Shown: positions 11,132 to 21,218, counted from the first letter of the stretch. The stretch is DNA of 64,000 nucleotides from an uncultured Bacilli bacterium (GCA_944329425.1 CALVIG010000001.1:34015-98014), one strand, 5' to 3'. Made by a program: numbers and translations. Notes: generated from the letters alone by a model not told the origin.

Positions 11132-11525
11132 TTTGCACCTCTTCTATAATTATTCTATCATCCTTAAGAAAGCCTTTATATTCGCTTTTTTGTTTATATA
11201 TTTTTTTTCCAACAATACTTCCAAAAAAACCCTTAGTCGATTTATCCAAACATACGTTTACGATTTTATTTTCCTCATCAATATCAATCTTATAATTATC
11301 TATCTCATCATCATTTTGATAAATCAAATCAACCATTTCTTTATAAGGGTCTTCATCAATATGTTTAACACCATAACTAACCACCATTTTGGTAATTTCG
11401 TTAAGTTTGTTGCTATTATACTTAGCATAACTAACATCAATAACAAAGGTACCAATCATTATAAAAAAAGGGATAAAAGCTACAAACAACGCAAGCGTTT
11501 GACCTTTGTTATTTAACCTATTCAT
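11112..11525 (-). CDS. TadE-like pilus assembly/pseudopilin protein
   Basis: Short N-terminal region followed by a hydrophobic helix (GQTLALFVAFIPFFIMI) of TadE/TadF type. Confidence 0.5.
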   Translation of the reverse strand: MNRLNNKGQTLALFVAFIPFFIMIGTFVIDVSYAKYNSNKLNEITKMVVSYGVKHIDEDPYKEMVDLIYQNDDEIDNYKIDIDEENKIVNVCLDKSTKGFFGSIVGKKIYKQKSEYKGFLKDDRIIIEEVQNEKTSS

Positions 11526-11889
11526 TTCTTATCACCCTTGTTGCACTTACGTTAAAAACATCAGACTTTATGTAGGTTAATCCAGGTGTTATTGGTTCTA
11601 TTTTCTTAGAAACCTTAATGGTTACGTAATAACCATTCGTATTAATTTCTAGTTTTACTTCATCTTTTCTGTTTTCGTTTATTATCGATTCAATTTCACT
11701 TGGAGTTTTACCATCCTGATAGAACGTAACAACATCAGAAGTAACGCTTTCTAAATCATTTTTCAAGGAAATTATTCTTCCAAAATCTACTACGCAAAAA
11801 ATAAGAAGCAACGTTACTGGTAATATTATAATAAATTCTACAAGTGCTTGACCTTTTTTATCTTTCAACATAGCCACCCCTATTATCAA
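11518..11889 (-). CDS. TadE-like protein with class-III prepilin-type signal
   Basis: KGQALVEFIIILPVTLLLIF, a G/A-L-V-E-F prepilin-like N-terminus. Confidence 0.5.
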   Translation of the reverse strand: MIIGVAMLKDKKGQALVEFIIILPVTLLLIFCVVDFGRIISLKNDLESVTSDVVTFYQDGKTPSEIESIINENRKDEVKLEINTNGYYVTIKVSKKIEPITPGLTYIKSDVFNVSATRVIRNE

Positions 11890-11951
11890 TGAATATTATA
11901 ACAAAAAGACTCGAATATTACAATCAAAAATAAAAAAATAACGATAAAACG

Positions 11952-12578
11952 TTATTTTTTGTTCTTTAAAAGCGTATACCCAACAAGTCCAACAATAATA
12001 ATTATCATACCCACTATTATTACACCGTTATTGTTATTTCCACTTGCTTCCTTTACAACGGAAAGGGTTAAAAAATAATCCGAGCAATGGTCTATATCAA
12101 AAGTAACGTATCCGTTACTTACCATTATGTTGTTTTGAACTAATTCAATTTTATTAGTAGTATCATCATAATAATATAAATTTAACATCTGTTCATCTTT
12201 GAATTTGCTTACTGGTACTTTTATGGTAGCAGTAGATGGTAAATCGCCATGATAATTAAAAGAAACATATTCTTTTTTCATGTTTTTTGATATTAGTTTT
12301 TCTATATCATTTTTAAAAGGTGAATTAAACCCTATTGACATATCAAAATCAAATGCATTTTTCTCGTATTCTTCTTTATCAAAGCTCCAAGAATAAGAAA
12401 ACTTTCCGTTCTCATCTTGAATAAAAATAACCTTATCTTTTGTATCCGTCTTAATTAAATTATCTGAGGCACTAATACTGCTTATGCCAGCAAAAGATAG
12501 GATAACTGCTAATAAAATAATTAATATTTTTTTCATAAGCATGCCTCCTTTTGTTATTACATAAAACTTAACAAACAA
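11952..12578 (-). CDS. secreted protein with signal peptide and C-terminal TM anchor
   Basis: N-terminal signal peptide (KKILIILLAVILSFAGISSISA) and a C-terminal hydrophobic anchor with a basic tail. Confidence 0.3.
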   Translation of the reverse strand: MFVKFYVITKGGMLMKKILIILLAVILSFAGISSISASDNLIKTDTKDKVIFIQDENGKFSYSWSFDKEEYEKNAFDFDMSIGFNSPFKNDIEKLISKNMKKEYVSFNYHGDLPSTATIKVPVSKFKDEQMLNLYYYDDTTNKIELVQNNIMVSNGYVTFDIDHCSDYFLTLSVVKEASGNNNNGVIIVGMIIIIVGLVGYTLLKNKK

Positions 12579-13204
12579 ACAACTAAATTAAAAATCGACA
12601 TAACTAACACACTAAGTGTAAAGTTATTAGTTTTCCAATAAAAGTGTGAAACAATCATCATCGTGGATAAGTAGCATACCGATGACATAATGTTATTAAA
12701 ACTCATGCTGGTGTAAACGATGTTGAAGAAAAAGTAAAATATTGCCGAAAACATTATAAAAAACCATTTATTATCTATTATGTCCCTTACGGATTTTCTA
12801 AATATAATTCCTTCAACTAACGGATAATATATGCACGTTAGTAATACAACGATTAATGAATTTTCTTTAAACGTAGTAAGCAAAGAAAAATCGTTTTCAG
12901 AAGTTCCCTTAACGTTAAATAAAACACCTACTATTAAGTTTATCAAAACCATTGAAACAAATATCAAAACTATGCTTATAAGCATGCGCATTAAGTACTT
13001 TTTCCAGTTTTTTTTAATATCTTTAAAATCAGAAATAAAAACTTGCTTGTACAAAAATATCAATATAAAAGCGTATAACAAATATAGCATTATATCAATC
13101 AAATTAGATTTAGATATAAGTGCAATTACGTATGGTAACGCAAAATATGATATTATAACCAATATTGATTTAATAAAAACATTACTCTTTTCTTTTTCCT
13201 TCAT
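12557..13204 (-). CDS. CPBP/Abi-family intramembrane metalloprotease (CAAX protease-like)
   Basis: Polytopic membrane protein with an E-G-I-I-F-R motif resembling the CPBP motif 1 (EExxxR). Confidence 0.45.
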   Translation of the reverse strand: MKEKEKSNVFIKSILVIISYFALPYVIALISKSNLIDIMLYLLYAFILIFLYKQVFISDFKDIKKNWKKYLMRMLISIVLIFVSMVLINLIVGVLFNVKGTSENDFSLLTTFKENSLIVVLLTCIYYPLVEGIIFRKSVRDIIDNKWFFIMFSAIFYFFFNIVYTSMSFNNIMSSVCYLSTMMIVSHFYWKTNNFTLSVLVMSIFNLVVCLLSFM

Positions 13205-13256
13205 TTCAAGCCTCCACTAACTTAATATTAGCAAAATCAGCTGTTAAAATCAATAA

Positions 13257-13290
13257 AAAAAGGAAAGTATGTAAACATACATTCCTTATA
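13257..13290 (-). terminator. intrinsic terminator / attenuator hairpin upstream of CPBP gene
   Basis: ggaatgtatgtttacatactttcc hairpin followed by a T-run on the minus strand. Confidence 0.5.
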
Positions 13291-13298
13291 ATACAACA

Positions 13299-13334
13299 TT
13301 AGATCCATCTAAGTAACATTCTTAGCCAACTCAT
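13299..13334 (-). CDS. 11-codon micro-ORF (MSWLRMLLRWI) with strong SD, candidate leader peptide
   Basis: GGAAGGAGG lies 7 nt upstream of the ATG. The ORF ends immediately before the terminator hairpin at 13257-13290. Confidence 0.3.
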   Translation of the reverse strand: MSWLRMLLRWI

Positions 13335-13518
13335 AAATAAATCCTCCTTCCCCTTTTATATTCTTATAACTTTTAGGTATCAGATTGATACCCTTCTACG
13401 ATTAAAATATAACATTTTTATTTAAAAAAAACAATATACATCAATTATACGTAAAGTATCACGAACTTGTTTTCCTATGTAATTTTATGCAAAATAAAAA
13501 GATGTATTCAAAAAAACA

Positions 13519-13659
13519 TCATTTGTCTGTCTTGTTTTTACTTAATATATAAATTACCAAAAACAAAATAATAAACATCATAAAAATGATTATTAAACCC
13601 ATGTTTTTATCATTATTTACAGCTTCCCTTACAATGGATAATAAATTAAATTGCCACAT
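13519..13659 (-). CDS. 46-aa small hydrophobic peptide
   Basis: Unannotated ORF MWQFNLLSIVREAVNNDKNMGLIIIFMMFIIILFLVIYILSKNKTDK. The SD is AGGGAG and it contains one TM helix. Confidence 0.35.
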   Translation of the reverse strand: MWQFNLLSIVREAVNNDKNMGLIIIFMMFIILFLVIYILSKNKTDK

Positions 13660-13847
13660 TTTAAAGCATCACTCCCTATCAATGTTGTATTATATATTTT
13701 TTTAGCGGCTTTTTCATTATATCAAGAAAAGCATATATTACAGCAACAAAATTATGACATTAATAAGTTTTAATATTTATACTGTAAACATACGTAAAAG
13801 ACTTGTATAAAACGTATTTTTTTATATAATATCTATGGTGATAAAAA

Positions 13848-14369
13848 ATGAAAATGCTTATAATGTCTGATATTCATGGAGACTATGAAAGTTTTAGTAA
13901 TGTATTAAAAAATGAATCATTTGATAAGCTTATTATACTAGGAGATTTATTTTCTTATGGTTTTAATTATAATAATAAAGATGAAAATAATATTTTAAAA
14001 TTATTATCAAACTATAAAGATGCTATTATTTTAATAAAAGGAAATTGTGATGAAAATATTAGTTATGAAGAATTCGGTTTATTCGCTCATGATGTTATTT
14101 CTCTTCACTTAAATAATCACGTAGTAACCCTTACTCATGGCAACATATATTCTAAAGGTTTTTTACCTAGTTATCACGGAGATATTTTTGCGTCTGGTCA
14201 TACACATGTTCCAATGCTTTTAAAAGAGCAAGGAATAATTTATTTAAATCCTGGAAGCATTGGAAAACCAAGAGGCGGATTAGATAAATCATACGCTATA
14301 TTTAAAGATAACAAAATAGAAATTAAAACTATAGACGGAAAAATAATAAAAGAAATGAAAATTAATTAG
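13848..14369 (+). CDS. YfcE/MJ0936-type metallophosphoesterase
   Basis: MKMLIMSDIHGDYESF plus GNCD, GHTH and GSIG motifs of the calcineurin-like phosphodiesterase family. Confidence 0.8.
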   Translation: MKMLIMSDIHGDYESFSNVLKNESFDKLIILGDLFSYGFNYNNKDENNILKLLSNYKDAIILIKGNCDENISYEEFGLFAHDVISLHLNNHVVTLTHGNIYSKGFLPSYHGDIFASGHTHVPMLLKEQGIIYLNPGSIGKPRGGLDKSYAIFKDNKIEIKTIDGKIIKEMKIN

Positions 14370-14737
14370 TTTTCATTTCTTTTTAATTTGTAAACTTTTA
14401 TTATTTTCATGTTTTTTATTTCTTCAAAACTAGCTTTATCATACACAATATTATCTATTACACACATCATGTGATACCAATCATTTACGTGAGCAAAAAC
14501 TATATTTACACCATTTAAATTAATATCTTTTAATAATTTATTTTTATAACTATTATCTATTACAAAATTATTTTTAAATAAGTATTTTTCAAAAACTTCT
14601 TCTTCATTATAACTTTCATTTATATGAATTAATTCATTTTTTACATCTAAGTAATTTTTATTTAAGGCCTTAGATATACTTCTTATAACACATCCACCGT
14701 TTTCATTTACTGGATTATAATATATTGTTTTCATCAA
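14366..14737 (-). CDS. hypothetical protein (possible papain-like Cys/His fold)
   Basis: 123 aa with GGCVIRS and WYHMMCV. Only weak motif evidence. Confidence 0.25.
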   Translation of the reverse strand: MMKTIYYNPVNENGGCVIRSISKALNKNYLDVKNELIHINESYNEEEVFEKYLFKNNFVIDNSYKNKLLKDINLNGVNIVFAHVNDWYHMMCVIDNIVYDKASFEEIKNMKIIKVYKLKRNEN

Positions 14738-14752
14738 GTCACCACCTTCAAA

Positions 14753-15544
14753 TTATACTCTTGCATTCATCAAATTGGTTGATGAGTACCTTTTTAAACC
14801 CATGTTAAACATAACAAACGCAAATACAACCATAAATATAGTAAATAATATAACTATCAAAGCTATTAAAATATTATTAGTAAGTAATACCCTAACCGGT
14901 AAATATACAATAAACCCAATTGGAAATATAGTATATAATAACACCTTTAATACCCCGCTAAAAATATTTTCTGGATAAGTTCCGAAAGAAGTAGGAATTC
15001 TTGTAAGAGTTGTTACTAAATCTCTAAAATTAATACTAAAGAATAATAAAGAATACATAATGGTAACAAAGCAAGCATAAATGATTGCACCAGTTATTAT
15101 AAATAAGCTTGCGTATAAAAACGTTATTACACTAGGCGATGCAATTAAAACTACCGCGTAGCCATATAATAAATCACCAAATGCGCTCATGGATGTTTGA
15201 GATGTAGCTATACTTATTAAAACACTTTTTGGTTGTACTAAATAAGCATCTAACTTACCACTAATAATATATTGGGGCAAATAATGTACACCACAAAAAA
15301 TAATATTAGAAAGTCCATATGCTCCAGCCATTATTCCCCATAAAAATAATATTTGTTTCATAGATAAATCTGCTCCATCAGATACTGATAAAATAATTAT
15401 CCATTGTACTAAGAAAGAAGCATTAGAAATAAACATCAAAAGAACACTAAAAAGAAAAGAACTTTTGTTAATCATTGATCTTAGAATACTATATTTAATT
15501 GATAATAACGATACCTTAAATTGATTTTTAACCTCCGTTAACAT
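14753..15544 (-). CDS. ABC-2 family transporter permease
   Basis: Six-TM permease downstream of the ABC ATPase gene. Confidence 0.6.
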   Translation of the reverse strand: MLTEVKNQFKVSLLSIKYSILRSMINKSSFLFSVLLMFISNASFLVQWIIILSVSDGADLSMKQILFLWGIMAGAYGLSNIIFCGVHYLPQYIISGKLDAYLVQPKSVLISIATSQTSMSAFGDLLYGYAVVLIASPSVITFLYASLFIITGAIIYACFVTIMYSLLFFSINFRDLVTTLTRIPTSFGTYPENIFSGVLKVLLYTIFPIGFIVYLPVRVLLTNNILIALIVILFTIFMVVFAFVMFNMGLKRYSSTNLMNARV

Positions 15545-16322
15545 TTAATTTTTTCACTCCTTTCTTATACTCAATAGTAATAATCAAAACTAAAATAAAG
15601 ACGTAAAATAATTGAGATACTAATACTCCATAAAATTCATTTATATTAAAATTAACAAGCATTTTAACAGGTCCAGATACCGCTGCGTAAACAGGTGAAT
15701 ATCTGATTACTGGTTGTAACCACACAGGAAATACTTCCAAAGGAAATGTCACACCAAAAATTAAAAATACTGTTTTATAAAGCCACTGAAATGGTTCTGA
15801 ATTTTCTATCCAAAAAGAAAAATAACTAATTATTAATCTTATGAGTGAAGCTATTATAACTGCTAGAAACATTATCAATATTATTAAAGGTAGATACTTG
15901 ATTTGAAATGTATTTAAAGGCCCTATAAGTATAATACCTAATAAAATAGAACATAACAAATTAATAATCATTTTAATTGTAGATTCTGCAAAAAACCTTG
16001 AGAAAATATATCCTGTATAACTATATGGTTTATTTATGGTATAAGCAATATTACCACTTACGATATCACTAGTTGGAGTTTTTCTAACTATATTACTAGA
16101 AGAAAAACTAGTTAAAAATTCCGTAAAAGTAACATACCATATCATTTGTGCAAAAGTATAACCACTAATAATACTTTTTTCACCACTAGAATATAAATAT
16201 TTCCATAATGCAAAAAATATAAATATATGAATTCCAGTACCTATGAAGGATAAAAACATTCCTTTAGCATACTGAAGTTCTTCTAATAACGTTGCTTTAT
16301 ATATAGAAAGATATTTTCTCAT
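15528..16322 (-). CDS. ABC-2 family transporter permease
   Basis: Six-TM permease overlapping its neighbours. Confidence 0.6.
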   Translation of the reverse strand: MRKYLSIYKATLLEELQYAKGMFLSFIGTGIHIFIFFALWKYLYSSGEKSIISGYTFAQMIWYVTFTEFLTSFSSSNIVRKTPTSDIVSGNIAYTINKPYSYTGYIFSRFFAESTIKMIINLLCSILLGIILIGPLNTFQIKYLPLIILIMFLAVIIASLIRLIISYFSFWIENSEPFQWLYKTVFLIFGVTFPLEVFPVWLQPVIRYSPVYAAVSGPVKMLVNFNINEFYGVLVSQLFYVFILVLIITIEYKKGVKKLNVNGG

Positions 16323-17311
16323 TATTTTTTACTTCCTTTATATATGTTTGCAATTATGTTTTCCAATGGTTCATTAGATATATTAATATCTATAATTTTA
16401 TCAGTATTAAGTAATTTTATTACGTCTGCAACAGATTTTTTAGATACATCAATAGAAAGTTTTAAATTGTATTCCTTATCCTTTAAAATAGTTATACCAT
16501 CTTCATCATCTAGATTAACTTTTTCTTTCATTTTAACTTCTATTATTTTTCTATTTAAATAATTATATTTTAAATTTTGCATTGTATCATCCAATACTAC
16601 TTTTCCATCATTTATTATAACTACCCTTTTACAAAGTTTTTCAATATCTCCAACATCATGACTAGTTAAGAAAATTGTTGTACCAAATTCTTTATTCATT
16701 CGTTTTATTAGAACTCTTATATTTTCTTTAACTACTGGATCAAGACCAATAGTAGGTTCATCTAAAAATAGTATTTCTGGTTTATGTATTAAGCTGGCTG
16801 CTATTTCACAACGTATTCTTTGCCCTAGTGATAAATTTCTAACTGGAGTATTAATAAATTCATCAAGTTCTAAAGTATCATTTAGTTCTTTTATTCTTCT
16901 TTCTATTTCATAATCTTTTAAATCATATATGGCTCCAAAAAACTTAAAATTATCATATGGTGTTAGATGAGTCCATAACTGCTCTTTTTGACCAAATACC
17001 GTACCTATTTTATAAGCTAATTTTTTTCTTTGTTTAGCTGGATTTATTCCTGCTACTATAGCTTCACCCTTAGTTGGCGTAAGAATTCCGGTAAGCATTT
17101 TTATAGTTGTTGATTTACCCGCTCCATTAGGGCCAATAAACGCTATTACTTCACCTTTTTCTACGGTTAAAGATAAATTATTAACTGCTTTTTTTATCTT
17201 ATATTTTGGTTTGAAAATAGATTTTAAACTCCCTTTAAATCCTTTTTCTTTTTCTTTAATTTTAAAAGTTTTAGATAAATGTTTTATTTCTATTATGTTC
17301 ACACTACTCAC
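16322..17311 (-). CDS. ABC transporter ATP-binding protein
   Basis: GPNGAGKST Walker A, LSLGQR signature and ILFLDEPT Walker B. Confidence 0.85.
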   Translation of the reverse strand: MSSVNIIEIKHLSKTFKIKEKEKGFKGSLKSIFKPKYKIKKAVNNLSLTVEKGEVIAFIGPNGAGKSTTIKMLTGILTPTKGEAIVAGINPAKQRKKLAYKIGTVFGQKEQLWTHLTPYDNFKFFGAIYDLKDYEIERRIKELNDTLELDEFINTPVRNLSLGQRIRCEIAASLIHKPEILFLDEPTIGLDPVVKENIRVLIKRMNKEFGTTIFLTSHDVGDIEKLCKRVVIINDGKVVLDDTMQNLKYNYLNRKIIEVKMKEKVNLDDEDGITILKDKEYNLKLSIDVSKKSVADVIKLLNTDKIIDINISNEPLENIIANIYKGSKK

Positions 17312-17342
17312 TTACCTTCCTTGAATATTTTTATAATAGTAA

Positions 17343-17873
17343 TTACTTATTTACTAACAATTTTATATCATCATAGTAATAGTAATTTTCATCTAAGTTC
17401 TGTCCAGCTCTTTTAAATATAGCCTTGTCTTTCATTATGCCTCCTAAATGCTTATAAAAACTATTTGAAGGATTACCCACAAGACAACCTATTACCATTT
17501 CTTTATAGCCTAATTTTATTAATTCTTTAGCCGCATTAATAACTAGTTTTTTACCAAAACCAAAACCCTTATAACCATCAATTATATAAAGTGCATATAT
17601 TTCTCCATATGAAGGATATTTTTCTTCATTTTTTGCTTTACCATAGCTTGTAAATCCAACTATTTTCCCATCTACCTCTAAAACCGAAAATAAATCTATC
17701 CCTTCTTTTATTTTTTTTATATATCTTTCAATCATATTCGGAATTTCATTAGTTAAATTATCCAAATACTCATCATTTACTATTCCTCGATAAGTTTCCT
17801 GCCATGCAGTTGCAACTACGGTAGCGATTCCCTTAGCATCCTCTACTTTTGCTTTTCTAATTAAATCTTTCAT
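17343..17873 (-). CDS. GNAT family N-acetyltransferase
   Basis: GKGFGFGKKL acetyl-CoA-binding motif. Confidence 0.7.
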   Translation of the reverse strand: MKDLIRKAKVEDAKGIATVVATAWQETYRGIVNDEYLDNLTNEIPNMIERYIKKIKEGIDLFSVLEVDGKIVGFTSYGKAKNEEKYPSYGEIYALYIIDGYKGFGFGKKLVINAAKELIKLGYKEMVIGCLVGNPSNSFYKHLGGIMKDKAIFKRAGQNLDENYYYYDDIKLLVNK

Positions 17874-17888
17874 AAGTTCCCTCCATTC

Positions 17889-18422
17889 TTAATAATCTTT
17901 TCTTAGTATTTCCATTAATATTTCATCATAATACTTACCATTTAAAAAATAACATTCATGCCTTACACCATACTCTTTAAAACCTATCTTTTTGTAACAT
18001 GCTATAGCATTTTTGTTAAAGCTAAAAACTGCTAAATTTATGTTATTAAGATTTAAAATATTAAATCCATAATCTAGTAATAATTTTAAAGCTTCCGCTC
18101 CATAGCCTTTATTTCTTTCTTTTTGTTCACCAATAAAAATACCTAAAGTACCGGTTCTACAAACAGGGTTAACATCCATAATACTAGCATTTCCTAAAAG
18201 AGTGTTTCCATCACGCTTTATAATTGCAAAAGTATAATCTCCGTTTTTTAAAACGTTAGAAAGCCATTCTTTTTCTCCTTCTAAACTTACGACCTTATGT
18301 GTACTTCCTAATCCATCTGATATACTTGCATCATTTAACCACTTAGTATAAATCTCTGAATCTTCTAAACTTAATGGAGATAGATATATTCTTTTCCCTT
18401 TGATTTTTTCAAAATATTTCAT
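17889..18422 (-). CDS. GNAT family N-acetyltransferase (RimJ/RimL-like)
   Basis: KGYGAEALKLLLDYGF motif. Confidence 0.7.
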   Translation of the reverse strand: MKYFEKIKGKRIYLSPLSLEDSEIYTKWLNDASISDGLGSTHKVVSLEGEKEWLSNVLKNGDYTFAIIKRDGNTLLGNASIMDVNPVCRTGTLGIFIGEQKERNKGYGAEALKLLLDYGFNILNLNNINLAVFSFNKNAIACYKKIGFKEYGVRHECYFLNGKYYDEILMEILRKDY

Positions 18423-18446
18423 TTTCTTTCCTCCTTTCTAAGTTTA

Positions 18447-18492
18447 TGCTTCAAGCAAAAAAGCACAGAACCACAAACTTTAATTTGTGACT
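18447..18492. terminator. bidirectional hairpin terminator between GNAT genes
   Basis: aaagcacagaacc...gtgactccgtgctttt imperfect hairpin flanked by A/T runs. Confidence 0.4.
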
Positions 18493-18657
18493 CCGTGCTT
18501 TTAAAAGTACGTGTAGGTTATTAACCCAGGATGGCTCATATATACAGCATCAAAAATTATACTTACACCCTCTCACTTGACTTTAATTATACTAAAATAT
18601 GTTTTTATGTCAAGATATTTTGAATAATCGTAAATTTATTCACTCTAATTATACGGT

Positions 18658-19125
18658 TTATAATATATCTTCAAATTTTATGGTTTTAATAGACATCCCT
18701 ATTTTTTTATAAAACTCAATGGCCGTTTTGTTAAACCCCCAAACATTTAAATCTATAGATTTACAATTATTTTCCATTGCTATCCTTTTAGCTTCAAAAT
18801 ATAATTCTTTTCCTATATTTTTCCTTACTTCATCCTTATTTACTACTATCATATCAATGTATAAATATTTTCTTGAATATATATATCCATCTTCTTCTTG
18901 CTGTTTAATAGAATACAATAAACAACCCTTTATATCGGAATTTTCCTCATATACTAAAATATTTTTATTATTACTATTAATTATATCCATAAATTCATTC
19001 TTGTAAAAAACATCATTATCCTTATAAATATCACTTCTATTTTTAGAATGTAAATTATGGACACTTTGCATTAATGCTTTAATATATTTAAAATCTTTCT
19101 CTTCAACAAATCTTATTTTTTTCAT
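18658..19125 (-). CDS. GNAT family N-acetyltransferase
   Basis: Size and an RKNIGKELYFEAKRIA Q/RxxGxG/A-like motif. Confidence 0.6.
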   Translation of the reverse strand: MKKIRFVEEKDFKYIKALMQSVHNLHSKNRSDIYKDNDVFYKNEFMDIINSNNKNILVYEENSDIKGCLLYSIKQQEEDGYIYSRKYLYIDMIVVNKDEVRKNIGKELYFEAKRIAMENNCKSIDLNVWGFNKTAIEFYKKIGMSIKTIKFEDIL

Positions 19126-19137
19126 TTTCTTAATCTC

Positions 19138-19716
19138 CTATTTATTTACATCCTCATCTAAAATAATTTCAGCTTTCTTAACAAAATAATTCCCTTTTTC
19201 ATATGGTAAATCATATTCTTCAAGTTCACTTATCATATCTTTTATATCTTCATATTTTTTACTTATGTACTGTGGTTCATCTTCCATTTCAATAAAAATA
19301 TATTTATTGTTTACAAGTTGCACTATTAACTCTGTTTTATTACTACAATAAACAATACATTTATCATAAATCTTAAACAAGGATTTATAACCAATCATGT
19401 TCATAAACTCAAGAGCTTTTTTTGTATCAAGAACCGGGCACTTTACTTTGCCTTGTTTTAATATATTACCATTAGCATCATACTTTTTGTATTTATATAG
19501 CAATTCCTTTTCAATTTCAACTATATCTCTTATTAAAATACACTTACTTAAAATTTCTAAATTACTCATCTTTTTCAAATTTAATTTACTATCAATTAGA
19601 TAATCATCATTTACTTCATATTCTTCTTTAATTACAAAACCTTTACTTGTAAGTTTTGCGTCTAAAGTTTTATAATCACAATTTACTTTTACAGTTATTT
19701 CTTTTTCTAATTTCAT
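19138..19716 (-). CDS. CYTH-domain protein (class IV adenylyl cyclase / triphosphatase-like)
   Basis: N-terminal EKEITVKV (ExExK) motif and a size typical of the CYTH domain. Confidence 0.5.
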   Translation of the reverse strand: MKLEKEITVKVNCDYKTLDAKLTSKGFVIKEEYEVNDDYLIDSKLNLKKMSNLEILSKCILIRDIVEIEKELLYKYKKYDANGNILKQGKVKCPVLDTKKALEFMNMIGYKSLFKIYDKCIVYCSNKTELIVQLVNNKYIFIEMEDEPQYISKKYEDIKDMISELEEYDLPYEKGNYFVKKAEIILDEDVNK

Positions 19717-19717
19717 A

Positions 19718-20173
19718 TTATAATCCTTTCATACATTTTATATAATCCTTATTACCTCTTTTTACAAATTTATTACTTTTATTTCTTAATTCATTCATTA
19801 AATTTAATGCTACTTTATATGCCATATCAAACTGCTTTTTTGTAATATCTTTATTATTAAAAGCTTTTATTAATTCTTTTTCATCAGATAAAGATATATA
19901 ACCACAACATCCATTAGCATTCTTAGTATGATAAATTACATCTAAATATAAATCGTCATAATAAATATCGCCATCTATAATCAACATTTTATCTATAACA
20001 TCAAAATAATATTCAAGTATTTTTCCATTATTATCAATAAATACTCTAACATTATAATTTAAATCAAGAGGAGTATATTCCAATATAGCGTAATTTTTAT
20101 CTAATATAGTTATTTTCTTACCATTAATAAAACAACTACATGTATCAGACATTTCATCAATATATTTAATCAT
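19718..20173 (-). CDS. hypothetical protein
   Basis: 151-aa ORF that is operon-coupled (1-nt gap) with the CYTH gene. Confidence 0.3.
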   Translation of the reverse strand: MIKYIDEMSDTCSCFINGKKITILDKNYAILEYTPLDLNYNVRVFIDNNGKILEYYFDVIDKMLIIDGDIYYDDLYLDVIYHTKNANGCCGYISLSDEKELIKAFNNKDITKKQFDMAYKVALNLMNELRNKSNKFVKRGNKDYIKCMKGL

Positions 20174-20280
20174 AATATAACTATTTAGCCTCTTATCAAA
20201 TGTTTTAAATATTCTTTTTTTCTTTTACTTCATTCATATAAACATCATTTATTTTTTTTTTCATAACAATCACTCTTAAA

Positions 20281-21162
20281 TCACAATATGTCATTATTTA
20301 AAATTGTTTTTATTAACTTTTTTACTTTTTTTATATATTCTTTATTTTTTATATTCATTAAATAGAAATGGCAATAGGCATTTATTAAGCACCATTTTAA
20401 AATTCTTTTATCATAGTTTCCATTTAATTTATAGCCTTCTAAAAAATAGTTAATATCATTAATATTATCCAAAAACTTTTGACCAGGCCTTAATACTACC
20501 GACCATGCTATATCTTGTTCTTTAACTCCTTTTCCGCTATATTCAAAATCTAATACTCCGTTTATCTTTTTATTCTTCCATAATATATTAGCATAGTGAA
20601 AATCACCATGAATAAACGAATCTTTCTTTAACATAGGTTTTTCTTTTACTAAATAATTAATACACTTTATTATAAAAGAATCTTCTATCTTATAATCTTT
20701 ACTATTTGGGATATCATTTATAATTCTTTGCTTGGCTTCTTCAAAATATGAACAATCTATTTTATGGATTAAAGAAAGTTCTATGCCATATTTTATTAAG
20801 TATTTTTTTCTTTGGTTTTCGTTGTTGTTAGTTATTATTTCCGATAGTCTTCTACCTTCTATTTTTGATAAAACAATATATCTTTTATTATTAGTAGTAC
20901 CATATTCTAATACGTTAGGCATTAACGAATATAAATTATTATCTTTTAATTTTTTAATATTAGATATTTCAGTTTCAAAACAAGCCATTTTACTACGTTC
21001 TATTTTAATGAAAACAATTTTTTCATTATTATTAAACCTAACGAGGCACTCTATAACATCATTACCCGCTGGCATATAATTTAATATTTTAATTAATTTA
21101 AACGTTTTAAAACTAATTTTAAATGGATCAATTAAAAGATCTCTATATTTTTTATATCTCAT
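20281..21162 (-). CDS. aminoglycoside/choline-kinase-like phosphotransferase family protein
   Basis: HGDFHYANILW (HGDxxxxN catalytic loop) and VLDFEYSG (DFE) motifs. Confidence 0.7.
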   Translation of the reverse strand: MRYKKYRDLLIDPFKISFKTFKLIKILNYMPAGNDVIECLVRFNNNEKIVFIKIERSKMACFETEISNIKKLKDNNLYSLMPNVLEYGTTNNKRYIVLSKIEGRRLSEIITNNNENQRKKYLIKYGIELSLIHKIDCSYFEEAKQRIINDIPNSKDYKIEDSFIIKCINYLVKEKPMLKKDSFIHGDFHYANILWKNKKINGVLDFEYSGKGVKEQDIAWSVVLRPGQKFLDNINDINYFLEGYKLNGNYDKRILKWCLINAYCHFYLMNIKNKEYIKKVKKLIKTILNNDIL

Positions 21163-21218
21163 AACTTACCTCGTATAAACTATAAAAACAATAACATTTA
21201 TTATGGATAATTGTCAAT

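Noticed and set aside
1213-11516. Plus-strand ORFs nested antisense inside minus-strand genes (1213-1407, 1709-2194, 4209-4394, 6698-7258, 7360-7551, 8127-8327, 9149-9397, 10920-11516). Similar ones occur elsewhere, for example 28517-28753, 29453-29773, 33428-33691, 54978-55217 and 56413-56820
   Set aside because: They are low-complexity and Phe/Leu/Ile/Ser-rich, as expected for antisense frames in AT-rich coding DNA. They lack SD sequences, and each is fully overlapped by a well-supported gene on the other strand.
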